NCBI GenBank assembly: GCA_023459675.1
Contig: JAEWTC010000088.1
Span: forward strand, 1,157 to 65,156
DNA from: Bacillota bacterium
GTDB taxonomy: Bacteria > Bacillota > Clostridia > Christensenellales > Aristaeellaceae
Direction: 5' to 3'
Length of the DNA stretch: 64,000 nt
Shown: positions 26,580 through 36,291 of the stretch, one piece after another
How positions within the stretch are numbered: position 1 is the stretch's first letter
Layout: each line of letters begins with the position of its first letter
The notes under the pieces: generated by a model
The model's database searches: none
What the model saw: the letters and a program-made list of their open reading frames with translations, nothing else
What the model was told of the DNA's origin: nothing
Program-made: the position numbers and the translations under genes

Positions 26580-26608
26580 AATATAACAAATCCGTAATAC
26601 ATTTGCAA
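26580..26608 (-). promoter_or_regulatory. Candidate promoter of trxB
   Basis: Minus strand: TTGCAA (26608-26603), 17-nt spacer, TATATT (26585-26580). Confidence 0.45.
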
Positions 26609-26798
26609 CGCTTTATCGCGAATTTGTTGTAAACAGTATAACACTCTTTCATATAATGCGCCATACCCGCAGGAAGCCCCGCGCGCCCACGCCCGCCAGT
26701 AAGCGGCGGCAAGCCTTTCATCGTTTCCGTATTGCCGTATCCGGCGAAAGGAAACGCCGCGGCCGGCAGCGAATCCTCGTTGCATAGGGGGCGTGCAT

Positions 26799-27596
26799 AT
26801 GAAAATTTACCTATCGGCCGATATGGAGGGCACGGCGGGCATCGTGCATTGGGACGAAACAACGGCGGGCCATCCGCAATACGGGTATTTCCAGGAGCAG
26901 ATGTCCCGCGAGGTTGCCGCCGCGTGCCAGGGCGCGCTGGACGCCGGGGCGACCGAGATTCTGGTCAAGGACGCGCACGACAGCGCCCGCAGCATCATTC
27001 CCACGATGCTGCCGGAGCAGGCAAGGCTTTTCCGCGGCTGGAACGATACCCCGGAGATGATGATGGCGGGGCTGGACGAAAGCTTCGACGGCGTGCTGTT
27101 CACGGGCTACCACGCCGCGGCGGGCTCCAGCGCCAATCCCCTGTCGCACACCATGGATACGCGGATTTACTCCCTGCGGTGTAACGGCAGGCTGCTGGCG
27201 GAGTTTGACATCAACGCGATGATCGCGGCCAGTTACGGCGTTCCCGTATACTTTCTCTCCGGCGACCGCGGGCTTTGCGACGCCGCCCGGGAAACGGTTC
27301 CCCAGCTGCAAACCGTGGCGACCAACGAAGGCAGCGGCAGCGGGGCGATCTCCCTGCAGCCGGGCACGGCCGCCCGCAACATCCGGGAGACCGCAGCCAA
27401 AGCCCTGCGGCTGCCCAAAGCGGCCTGCCTCTACCCCATGCCCGGGGAATTCAAGATTGAGCTCAGCTTCAAGGACCACATCCCCGCCGCCAAGGCCGAA
27501 AATTATCCCGGCGTTACCCGCAGGGACGCGAAAACCGTTTGCTTTGAAACGCGGAGCTTTCAGGAACTGCTGCGTACGTTCTACTGGATTTTGTAA
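26799..27596 (+). CDS. M55-family D-aminopeptidase (DppA-like)
   Basis: MKIYLSADMEGTAGIVHWDE is the typical DppA/M55 N-terminus. ATG 26799 with AGGGGG 8 nt upstream (track start is GTG 26793). Confidence 0.8.
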   Translation: MKIYLSADMEGTAGIVHWDETTAGHPQYGYFQEQMSREVAAACQGALDAGATEILVKDAHDSARSIIPTMLPEQARLFRGWNDTPEMMMAGLDESFDGVLFTGYHAAAGSSANPLSHTMDTRIYSLRCNGRLLAEFDINAMIAASYGVPVYFLSGDRGLCDAARETVPQLQTVATNEGSGSGAISLQPGTAARNIRETAAKALRLPKAACLYPMPGEFKIELSFKDHIPAAKAENYPGVTRRDAKTVCFETRSFQELLRTFYWIL

Positions 27597-27646
27597 CGGC
27601 GGCACGCGCGCGGCGTTGTTCCGCCCTGCCGGGCAAGGAGGAAACG

Positions 27647-28210
27647 ATGGAACTAAACGTCAAGCCGTTAAGCCCCGCCACATGGGAGGATTTTGCCGTA
27701 TTGGCCGAGCGCCACAACGGGGTTTGGGGCGGTTGCTGGTGTACCTGGTTTCACCGCAGCGATACCGTGCGCACGGGCGACACCGCTTTCAACAGGGAAC
27801 TGAAAAAAGCGCTGGTCATGAGCGGCCGCGCGCACGCGGCGCTTGTGTACGACGGCGACCGGCCCGTTGGGTGGTGCCAGTACGGCTCACCGGGGGAGCT
27901 TCCGCACATCTATCATCAAAAGCAGGTGGAGACGGATGGTTATACGTTTCCGGACTGGCGGATCACCTGCTTTTTTGTCGATAAGGAATATCGCGGGAAC
28001 GGCGTGGCGAAAGCCGCGCTGCTGGGCGCGCTGGAGCTGATCCGCCAGGCGGGCGGCGGCATGGTGGAAAGCTATCCGCAGGACACGCATGGGGAAACCA
28101 TATCGGCTTCCTTTTTGTATAACGCGACCAGAACCCTGTTTGAGGAATGCGGCTTTACCTGCGTCGGCTCCAAAGGGAAAAACCATACGATCATGCGCAG
28201 GTTGATCTGA
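27647..28210 (+). CDS. GNAT-family N-acetyltransferase
   Basis: 187 aa. RBS AAGGAGG. Acetyl-CoA binding segment FFVDKEYRGNGVAKALL. Confidence 0.75.
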   Translation: MELNVKPLSPATWEDFAVLAERHNGVWGGCWCTWFHRSDTVRTGDTAFNRELKKALVMSGRAHAALVYDGDRPVGWCQYGSPGELPHIYHQKQVETDGYTFPDWRITCFFVDKEYRGNGVAKAALLGALELIRQAGGGMVESYPQDTHGETISASFLYNATRTLFEECGFTCVGSKGKNHTIMRRLI

Positions 28211-28315
28211 TACGAAGCCCTGCCCCAATGTTTCGTTCCCGGCCATCTGGTGTACGATAACCCATCGCAGCGGCTGGCGGTAACCGTTACGGTTCGGCCA
28301 GCGGAAAGGAACGCC

Positions 28316-28798
28316 ATGAAGAAAGCCCTATTGATCATCGATATCCAGGAAGCCTATCTCGCGCATCGGCGCGCAGACCAGGACTATCGGCGCGTGATGG
28401 AGACCATCAACGCCGCCGCCGCGCAGTTCCGGCAGGCAAACCTCCCGGTTTTCGTGGTGCGGGATCTGTCCGAGGGCAGCGGCAACGAGTTTCGCAACGT
28501 GCGCGAGCTGCAAGCCGCACCGACGGACCTCGAAGTGCTGAAGGTGTACAACAACGCCTTCTGGAAAACGGAGCTCGACGACATGCTCCGCGAACGAAAC
28601 GTAGACTGGGTGCTGCTGTGCGGCAACGCCGCCGAGTTCTGCGTGACCGCAACCTATTTCGGCGCGCTGGAGAACGGATATGCGGCCTATCTGCTCAAGG
28701 ACGGCATACTGGCCGAGACCGAAACCGGGTTAGCTTCGCTGGAGCAGGTGCGCCCGCTGCTGACGAACGAACAGCTTTCCGGGATGCTGGCAGAATAA
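28316..28798 (+). CDS. Cysteine hydrolase / isochorismatase-family protein
   Basis: ATG 28316 (MKKALLIIDIQEAY, typical family N-terminus); catalytic Cys context LLCGNAAEFCV. Track start 28250 is an extension. Confidence 0.8.
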   Translation: MKKALLIIDIQEAYLAHRRADQDYRRVMETINAAAAQFRQANLPVFVVRDLSEGSGNEFRNVRELQAAPTDLEVLKVYNNAFWKTELDDMLRERNVDWVLLCGNAAEFCVTATYFGALENGYAAYLLKDGILAETETGLASLEQVRPLLTNEQLSGMLAE

Positions 28799-28800
28799 GT

Positions 28801-28828
28801 AAACGGCGGTCTGGAAAAGCCGCCGTTT
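28801..28828. terminator. Perfect 9-bp hairpin after the isochorismatase-like gene (weak or bidirectional terminator)
   Basis: AAACGGCGG-tctggaaaag-CCGCCGTTT. The U-tract is provided only by the stem ends. Confidence 0.5.
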
Positions 28829-29113
28829 CAGCATATGCGGTTGACCGCCGGACGCAGGGTACGCTCGTCGCGTTCCCCTCGCCGCAGAAAACCAATCCGC
28901 TTTTGCAGACCGCAGCCGCGCAGGACGGCGTTGTGAACCCCGCCGTTACACAGCTCGTACCGGTTGAACCGAAACGGAAACATCTGGCGCGGATACATGC
29001 CGCGCCGAAGGTAACGTATGGCACGGCAAGGAAACGTTGCGGCGGCGGAAGGAACTCGGCGCATGAATCTCGAAACACCGATGCTAAAATCAATATTAAA
29101 GGAGCGTTTTGAT

Positions 29114-29563
29114 ATGCCGAAAATTGCGATCGTATATCGGTCTCCCCATCACGGAAACACCAAGAAACTGCTCGACGCGATCAAAGCCGCGCATCCCGAG
29201 GTTACGCTCGTGCAGGCGGGCGAGGAAAGCGGCTCGCTCGCTTCGTTCGACGTGATCGGCTTTGCCTCCGGCATTTACATGGGCAAACTGCACAACACGG
29301 TGCGCAAGGCGCTCGCTTCCATGGACGGAGCGGGGCGCAAAGCCTTCGCGCTGTTTACCTGCGGCGATGCGGCGGGAGCGAAATACAGCGATAAATGCCT
29401 GTCCGCGATCCGCGAACGGGGGTTTGAAACGCTCGGGTTCTTCTGGTGCAAGGCGCTGGACACCTTCGGCCCGCTGAAGCTGGTCGGCGGCGTGAACAAG
29501 GGAAAACCCGACGCGGAGGACCTTGCCAACGCGGTGAAGTTCTTTGAAAGCCTGACCTTCTGA
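29114..29563 (+). CDS. Flavodoxin-family protein
   Basis: ATG 29114 with AAAGGAG RBS. MPKIAIVYRSPHHGNTKKLLDAI is a flavodoxin-like N-terminus. Confidence 0.7.
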   Translation: MPKIAIVYRSPHHGNTKKLLDAIKAAHPEVTLVQAGEESGSLASFDVIGFASGIYMGKLHNTVRKALASMDGAGRKAFALFTCGDAAGAKYSDKCLSAIRERGFETLGFFWCKALDTFGPLKLVGGVNKGKPDAEDLANAVKFFESLTF

Positions 29564-29598
29564 TATCACACGCGGCACAAAAATAGCGGAAACGGAGA

Positions 29599-31524
29599 TT
29601 ATGACTCCGCTTCCGCTTTTTGGTATGCCGCCTCCGCCGCTTCCAGCGCGGTATAGAGCGCGGGCTGCCGTTCCTGTTCCTGCTGGTATAACAGCGAAAG
29701 CTCCAATAGCTTTTCCTGGTTCTGGCACACCGCAGGGTCCGCCATGGTTTTTTCCAGCCGCGCAAGCGTTTGCTCGTTTTTCACAATCGCGGCCTCGGCG
29801 TCGTCAACCGCGGCCTTGAGCTGCCGCAGCGCGGCGCTTTGCTGGCGTTCCTTTTTCCGGTCCTTGGCGACCGCGGTTTTGGTGGGGCCGTCCTCCACGG
29901 CATCCGGCGGCGTTGGCCGGTCGCGCTTTTCCAGATAATCGTCGAAATTGCCGATGTATTCCGTGACGCCGTCCTCGGCCATCACCATCACGCGTTCGGC
30001 AAAACGGTTCACAAAATAGCGGTCGTGGCTGATGGCGAAGATAACGCCCGGGAACTCTGAAAGCGCTTCTTCCAGCACTTCGCAGCTGTCCATATCCAGA
30101 TGGTTGGTGGGCTCGTCCAGCAGCAGGAAGTTATCCTTGCGGAGCATCAGCTTGGTCAGCGCCACGCGCCCGCGCTCCCCGCCGGAGAGTGCGGAGATCT
30201 TGCTGAAAACGTCGTCCCCGGTGAAGAGAAACTGCCCCAGCGCGCTGCGGACGCGGCTTTGTTCCAGCGCGGGAAACGAATTCCACACCTCGTCCAGCAC
30301 GGTGTTGTTCAAGTTTAAGTCCTGCTGGTGCTGATCGTAGTAGCCGATATCCACGTTCACGCCGAAGCGCACGGTGCCGCTGTCCGGCGTTTCCTTGCGG
30401 TTCAGTATTTTCAGCAGTGTGGTTTTCCCCACGCCGTTGGGGCCGATCAGCGCCACGCGGTCGCCCGCGCGCAGCCGGAAACCCACGTTGCGAAACACCG
30501 TGCGGCCGTTGAATTTCTTGTTGAGGCCCTTGACTTCCAGCGCATCCTCGCCCATCCGGCGGCGCGCGTCGAAGGAGAAGCGCACCTGCCGTTCCTCCAG
30601 CGGACGTTCCAGCCGTTCGATCTTATCGAGCCGCTTCTGCCTGGATTCGGCGGCGCGGATGCTTTTCTCGCGGTTGAAGCTGCGATAGCGTTCGATGATG
30701 GCCTTCTCGCGGTCGATTTCCTTTTGCTGCAATTGAAACGCCTTGATGCGCGCCTCGAAATCCGCGGTGCGCTTCTGCATATATTGGGTGTAGTTGCCCG
30801 TGAACTTATACACGCGGCCGCCCAGCATTTCCCCCATCGTATCGCAGACGTGGTCGAGAAAATAGCGGTCGTGGCTGATCAGCAGCAGCGTTCCCTTGTA
30901 CTCGGTCAGATAATTCTGCAGCCATTCGATGGCGGCGAGATCGAGGTGGTTGGTAGGTTCGTCCATCAACAGCACGTCCGGTTCCTGCAAAAGCAGTTTC
31001 GCAAGCGAAATCCGCGTGCGTTCCCCGCCCGACAGCGTTTTCACCTTGCGGCCGAACATATGCCTGCCGATTCCAAGCCCCAGCAGCTTTCCGGTGATTT
31101 CGCCCTCGTAGGCGTAGCCTTCCAGTTTTTTGAACTCCTCGGTCATCTTGTAATATTCGTCGGACAGACGGAGCGCCGTTTGCTCGTCCCGGTTTTCCGC
31201 CATTCTCGTTTCCATGTCGCGCATGCGGTGTTCCAGGGCGATGACGCGGCTGAACACGGAAAGCATCGCGTCCCACACGGTGTCTTCCGGGCTGATATCG
31301 TTGATCTGCGCCAGGTACCCAAGCTTCAGCCCCTTGTTCATGTGCACGGCGCCGGCGTCCGCCTGCTGCTCGCCGGTGAGGATTCGCATCAGCGTGGTTT
31401 TGCCGCTTCCGTTCGCCCCGACGAGGCCCATTTTTTCACCTTTTTGGACGGAAAAGGTAACGTCGCGCAGCACCTGGTCGATGCCGAAGCTTTTCTGTAT
31501 GTTTTCAACGGATATCAAAATCAT
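29599..31524 (-). CDS. ABC-F family ATPase (Uup/YbiT-like translation factor type)
   Basis: Two NBDs (GANGSGKTT and GPNGVGKTT), inter-domain linker, charged C-terminal coiled coil, no TM domain. ATG 31524 (MILISVENIQKSFG) has AAGGGG 9 nt upstream. Confidence 0.9.
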   Translation of the reverse strand: MILISVENIQKSFGIDQVLRDVTFSVQKGEKMGLVGANGSGKTTLMRILTGEQQADAGAVHMNKGLKLGYLAQINDISPEDTVWDAMLSVFSRVIALEHRMRDMETRMAENRDEQTALRLSDEYYKMTEEFKKLEGYAYEGEITGKLLGLGIGRHMFGRKVKTLSGGERTRISLAKLLLQEPDVLLMDEPTNHLDLAAIEWLQNYLTEYKGTLLLISHDRYFLDHVCDTMGEMLGGRVYKFTGNYTQYMQKRTADFEARIKAFQLQQKEIDREKAIIERYRSFNREKSIRAAESRQKRLDKIERLERPLEERQVRFSFDARRRMGEDALEVKGLNKKFNGRTVFRNVGFRLRAGDRVALIGPNGVGKTTLLKILNRKETPDSGTVRFGVNVDIGYYDQHQQDLNLNNTVLDEVWNSFPALEQSRVRSALGQFLFTGDDVFSKISALSGGERGRVALTKLMLRKDNFLLLDEPTNHLDMDSCEVLEEALSEFPGVIFAISHDRYFVNRFAERVMVMAEDGVTEYIGNFDDYLEKRDRPTPPDAVEDGPTKTAVAKDRKKERQQSAALRQLKAAVDDAEAAIVKNEQTLARLEKTMADPAVCQNQEKLLELSLLYQQEQERQPALYTALEAAEAAYQKAEAES

Positions 31525-31706
31525 GGTCGGCATCCCCTTATCGCTTCCAGTCTCAGCTGTACAGTATACCATAAATGCGGTATGCACGCACATCCGCACT
31601 ATACAGATTGGGCTTGCTGGTGTAAAATAGAAGATGAAAACGATGAGCCTGCCCTCAATTTTGATACAGACCGCGCGCAGCGTAAAACCACTCGGGAGGT
31701 ATAGGC

Positions 31707-34700
31707 GTGAAAATTGATCTGACGTGTCCGGTGGAACTGTGGAAGTACACGCTGCCAGGCGAAGGCGTGCCGCAGTGCGTTTTTATGCTCAACAACGTCG
31801 GCATCAAACACGTCGTTTCGGTGCAGATCACGCTGACCAGCTACGGCCCCAAGGAATTTGTACTGCTCAAGCAAACCGACCGCATGCCGGTTTCGGACGC
31901 GGCCCCCGGGCAGTCCTTCACGGTGACGATGGTGCCCACGGAATGGGAAAACGTGCTTACCGTGGATCTGGTTATAGAAAAAGTATGGTTTGCGGACGCC
32001 ACCGTATGGCGGCGCGGCAACGCGCCCGTTGTGGATTACGAACCCAACGCCCTGCCCGGCGGCCGCAAGCTGGATCAGCTTCGCTTCGTTGCCGGGGAGG
32101 ACGCCGTTGGCTACCCGCAGCTGCAGGAACAGGTCTGGGTCTGCGTTTGCGGCCGCGCGAACGATTTGAAAGCCGACCGCTGCTGCCGCTGCAAGCGCGG
32201 GCGCGATACGGTGTTTGCGTCCTGTACGCCCGAAAACGTGGATCATCTGATTGCCGTTCACGAGCAAAAGCTGAAATCCGTGGCGCAATCGGCGCGCGAG
32301 GAAGCGGGCCGTTCCGCCGAAAAGCAGGAAGTGATCCGCCGCCGCGCGCAGCGCTCCCGCAGGATTGCGTGGAGCGTGACGCTTACGGTGCTGCTGCTCA
32401 CGGCGCTTGCCGCGGCCGTGTGGCTGTGGGGCGTTCCCGCCCTGCGATATTATCAAGCGGGCGCTTTGCTTGCGGAGGGGAACTATTCCCAAGCCCGCAC
32501 CGCCTTCCTAAGCCTTAAGGATTACCGGGATTCTCAGACTCTGGTGCAGGAAAGCGATTACCGCAGCGCCGCGGATCTTTTCAAGCAGGGCGATTTGCAG
32601 GCCGCCGCGACGCTGTTTACCGCGCTGGGAAATTATCAGGACAGCGCCGAGCAAGCGCTGCAAGCCCGGTACCAAATCGCGCAGAATACGTTCGCCGCTG
32701 CCGATTACACGGCGGCCGCAGAGCTTTTTTCCGCGCTGGGCACCTACCAGGACAGCGATACCATGCGCCGGGAAAGCCTGTACCAAAAGGCGGCCGCGCT
32801 TTTGGACGGCGGCAAGCCGGAGGAAGCGCGCGCGCTGTTTGCCGATCTTTCCGAGTATAAGGATTCCGCCGCGCAGCTCATTGCCTGCGATACCCGGATC
32901 GGGCTGAACGCGTTTGACGCCGGGGATTACGCCGCGGCGGCGGAGCGGTTCGAAGCCGTGCAGGGCCAGACGGACGTTGCGGAAAAGCTGAAGGAAACCT
33001 ATTACCTCTGGGGGCTGCAAACGCAGGAGGAAGGCAGCTATGAGGAAGCGGGCAAGCTGTTCCTCAAAGCGGGCGACTACAAGGACGCCGCCTTCATGGC
33101 CCACGGAAGCCTGTACTTCCTGGCCAGCGATTATTTTGACAATCAGGAGTACGCCAAAGCCGCGGAGCTGTTCCAAAGCGTGATCCCCTATCTGGACAGC
33201 GAAACCCGGTATTGGGAAAGCGTGTATCAGCAGGGGCTTGCAAGCGAGGAACAGGGAAACATGGAGGAAGCGCTGGCGCTGTACCAGACCATCCCGCTGC
33301 ACCCGCAGGCCGCGCAGCGCGTGAGCGCGTATCACTACCAACAGGCGGAAGCCGCGCTTGCCGCGGGTAACCCCGAGGAAGCGGTTGCCCAGTTCACCCT
33401 CGCGGGCGATTATCTGGACGCGGCGCAGAGAATTCTCGCCATACGGTATGAGGAAGCAACGGAAGCGTTTGCGGCGGGCGATTATCCAAACGCGGCGCAA
33501 TTGTTCCTGGCGCTGGGCGATTATGAAGACAGCGCCGATCAGCTGCTGCAATCCCGCTACCTGGCGGCAAAGGCCGCGCTGGACGCGGGTGCGTACGCGC
33601 AGGCAGCCGAGCAGTTTACGCTGCTGGCGGATTATCAGGACAGTAAAACGCAGGCCGATACGGCGCGCTATGCCCAGGCCGAAGCGGCGCTTGCCGCCGC
33701 GCAGTATGACGACGCATCGGCGCTGTTTTTAGCGCTGGGCGATTATAAGGACAGCGCCGTGCGCGTCTTGCAGGCGCAATACCAAAAAGCGAAGGCAGCG
33801 CTGGACGCGGCGGATTTCGACGGCGCGGCGGCGCAGTTTGCCGCCTTGGGTGATTTTGAAGACAGCGCGGATATGGAAAAGCAAGCGCGCTACTTGAAGG
33901 CGGAAGCGGCTTTCGCGGCCGGCCAATACGGCGATGCGATCCCGCTGTACGAGGCGCTGGGCGAGTACCAAAACAGCGCGGACAAGATGAACCAAGCCCG
34001 TTACGCGCTGGCGCAGGAAGCGGTTGACGCGAAGGATTACACGCTGGCCATCCGCCTGTTTACGGAGCTTGACGATTATCAGGACAGCGCCCAGAGGCGC
34101 ATGGCCCTATGGTACACGGTGGGCAACCAGGCGATGGACGTGCGCGATTATGCCGGAGCCATTCAGGCGTACGCGAACCTGAACGGCTACGAAAACAGCG
34201 ACGACGCCCTTAACCAAGCGCTGTATGAGTGGGGGCTTTCGCTGAAGGCGTCGGGAGACACGGCTGCGGCCATCACGCTTTTAGAGTCCCTGCCCGCGGG
34301 TTCCGCCACGCGGCAGCTGGTGGGCGATTTCATTGCGTCCGAGGGCCTGCGCAAGCAGCAGGCAGGCGATTTGGAAGGCGCGGCGGCGGTATTCGAAGCG
34401 CTGGGCGATCACCCCGGCGCGAAGGACTATTGGTACGCGGCGCGCTACGAGGCGGCGCAGCGGCATATGGTGTTGGGCGAGTACCGGCAGGCGGCGGCGA
34501 TCTTCGAAACGCTGGGAACGTATGAAAGCTCGCAAGCGAAGCTGGAAGAAAGCCTGTACGAAGCCTACGGGCGGACTGCCGACGCGGCGCGAACCGCCTA
34601 CGACGCGCAGGACTGGGCCGGCGTTGTGGACGCCCTCGACGGGTTTGATTTCACCGGCCTGCCCGAAGCCTATCAGCCGTTGCAGACATGGTATGAGGAG

Positions 34701-35096
34701 GCGTGCCGCGCGGCCGGGGACGCGTTGTACGAAGACGGCAAGCCCTTTGATGCGCTGGCTTATTATCAGCGGATCGCATATCTGCCCGAGGTGGCGGACG
34801 GCGTGCTGCAACGCCCCGTATATCTGCTGATCGGCGCGTGGGAAAACGGCGGGCAAACCGCCTCGTTCCTCGCGGACGGGAGTTTTTCGCTGCCGGAGGA
34901 AACCGGGTTCTATGCCGTGCAGGACGGGACGCTGCTGACGGGCGCTTCGCCCGACGCATTGACGGAAACCTACGCGCTGACGGAGCTGACGCAAACCGTG
35001 CTGACGCTGACCGCATTAAACGATGCCGCCACAGTTTACACTTTTACGCGCGTGAGCGCCGACGGAGACGGAAATGAACAGGGAAGCGCACCGTGA
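31707..35096 (+). CDS. Large membrane-anchored repeat protein: N-terminal domain + zinc ribbon + 1 TM + at least 15 TPR/Sel1-like ~37-aa repeats
   Basis: GTG 31707 with GGGAGG 7 nt upstream. CVCGRANDLKADRCCRCKRG zinc ribbon; TM IAWSVTLTVLLLTALAAAVWLW. Then repeats of the type Y..A...L..G.Y..A..LF..LGDY.DS (LGNYQDS, LGTYQDS, LSEYKDS, LGDYEDS, LADYQDS, LGDYKDS, LGDFEDS, LGEYQNS, LDDYQDS, LNGYENS, LGTYESS ...). Confidence 0.8.
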   Translation: MKIDLTCPVELWKYTLPGEGVPQCVFMLNNVGIKHVVSVQITLTSYGPKEFVLLKQTDRMPVSDAAPGQSFTVTMVPTEWENVLTVDLVIEKVWFADATVWRRGNAPVVDYEPNALPGGRKLDQLRFVAGEDAVGYPQLQEQVWVCVCGRANDLKADRCCRCKRGRDTVFASCTPENVDHLIAVHEQKLKSVAQSAREEAGRSAEKQEVIRRRAQRSRRIAWSVTLTVLLLTALAAAVWLWGVPALRYYQAGALLAEGNYSQARTAFLSLKDYRDSQTLVQESDYRSAADLFKQGDLQAAATLFTALGNYQDSAEQALQARYQIAQNTFAAADYTAAAELFSALGTYQDSDTMRRESLYQKAAALLDGGKPEEARALFADLSEYKDSAAQLIACDTRIGLNAFDAGDYAAAAERFEAVQGQTDVAEKLKETYYLWGLQTQEEGSYEEAGKLFLKAGDYKDAAFMAHGSLYFLASDYFDNQEYAKAAELFQSVIPYLDSETRYWESVYQQGLASEEQGNMEEALALYQTIPLHPQAAQRVSAYHYQQAEAALAAGNPEEAVAQFTLAGDYLDAAQRILAIRYEEATEAFAAGDYPNAAQLFLALGDYEDSADQLLQSRYLAAKAALDAGAYAQAAEQFTLLADYQDSKTQADTARYAQAEAALAAAQYDDASALFLALGDYKDSAVRVLQAQYQKAKAALDAADFDGAAAQFAALGDFEDSADMEKQARYLKAEAAFAAGQYGDAIPLYEALGEYQNSADKMNQARYALAQEAVDAKDYTLAIRLFTELDDYQDSAQRRMALWYTVGNQAMDVRDYAGAIQAYANLNGYENSDDALNQALYEWGLSLKASGDTAAAITLLESLPAGSATRQLVGDFIASEGLRKQQAGDLEGAAAVFEALGDHPGAKDYWYAARYEAAQRHMVLGEYRQAAAIFETLGTYESSQAKLEESLYEAYGRTADAARTAYDAQDWAGVVDALDGFDFTGLPEAYQPLQTWYEEACRAAGDALYEDGKPFDALAYYQRIAYLPEVADGVLQRPVYLLIGAWENGGQTASFLADGSFSLPEETGFYAVQDGTLLTGASPDALTETYALTELTQTVLTLTALNDAATVYTFTRVSADGDGNEQGSAP

Positions 35097-36291
35097 ACAA
35101 AAGCTGACCATCGGCGTTCTGTATGGTTTCCGGGCGTTGATGGTGCTTTTTGTGTGCAATTACCACTTCTGGCAGCAAAGCTGGCTGATGCAGCAATTTT
35201 CACTGTTCAGAACCTCCGTTTATTTCGATTATTTTACGCGATCCAGCTATCTGTTTGTGGACGGCATGCTTCTGCTCAGCGGGTTTCTGCTATACCTGCC
35301 CTACGCGCAGGCCGCGGACGCCGGGCTGCCCATGCCCAGCACGAAGACTTTTTACTGGAAGCGCTTGATCCGCATCGTGCCCTCCTATCTGGCGTCGGTC
35401 TTCCTGATGCTGTTTGCCGTGGCGCTGCCCGGCGGCGCGTATGACAACGCGGGCGAAGCCATTGCGGACGTGCTGGCCCATGTGACGTTCACCTTCCCGC
35501 TGTTCCCGGACACGTACCTGTATACGCCGCTCAACGCCGTGCTGTGGACGATCGGCGTGGAGGTGCAGTTCTACCTGATCTTCCCACTGATCGCGCGGTT
35601 CATGCGCAAAAAGCCGGCGCGTACGCTTATAATCCTCGCGGCGGCGGGAATCCTGTTTCGGGTTACGCTGGCGCTGGAAGCGGAGGACCTGGCGATCTGG
35701 GTCAACCAGATGCCCTCCTATCTGGACGTATACGCGCTGGGCATGCTGGGCGCGATCCTCTATCTGCGCCTGCGGCGGCTGACGGAAACAGGGAAAGCGA
35801 AAACCGTGGTTTCCATTGCCGCGGTCATCCTGTTCTGCCTTGGAACTGCGCTGATCCTATCCGTTTTGCAGATACAGTCCACCGCCAGCATTCAGGGGCT
35901 ATCCGCCCTGCGGCTGAGCCAGTGGCTCGTCCGGCTGCCGCTTGCGCTTGCGATGCTCGTTACCATGCTTTCGGCTTCTTTCCTGCCCCGGTTACTGCAA
36001 AAACCGCTGGACAACCGCCTGATGCGCTTTTTATCCGTGATTTCGCTGAACCTGTACATCTGGCATCAGACGCTGTGCATACTGCTGGTCAAGCCCCTGT
36101 TTCCCCAAGCGCTGCATAACGATCATAACCTCCAGGTCATTTTCACGCTGTTAAGCCTCGCCCTGGCCATTCTCACCGCCATGGCGTTCACCTACGGGCT
36201 GGAGCACCCGGCGGCCAGGTGGCTGCAGACACTCAAAGACAGAAAGGGAGTACGACCCGATGCAAGACCCGCGCCTCCAGAAACTGTGTAA
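35074..36291 (+). CDS. Acyltransferase-3 family membrane protein (OafA/YrhL-like O-acyltransferase)
   Basis: 405 aa, ~10 TM, family-typical N-terminus (FRALMVLFVCNYHF). Overlaps the 3' end of the repeat-protein gene by 23 nt. Confidence 0.8.
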   Translation: MNREAHREQKLTIGVLYGFRALMVLFVCNYHFWQQSWLMQQFSLFRTSVYFDYFTRSSYLFVDGMLLLSGFLLYLPYAQAADAGLPMPSTKTFYWKRLIRIVPSYLASVFLMLFAVALPGGAYDNAGEAIADVLAHVTFTFPLFPDTYLYTPLNAVLWTIGVEVQFYLIFPLIARFMRKKPARTLIILAAAGILFRVTLALEAEDLAIWVNQMPSYLDVYALGMLGAILYLRLRRLTETGKAKTVVSIAAVILFCLGTALILSVLQIQSTASIQGLSALRLSQWLVRLPLALAMLVTMLSASFLPRLLQKPLDNRLMRFLSVISLNLYIWHQTLCILLVKPLFPQALHNDHNLQVIFTLLSLALAILTAMAFTYGLEHPAARWLQTLKDRKGVRPDARPAPPETV

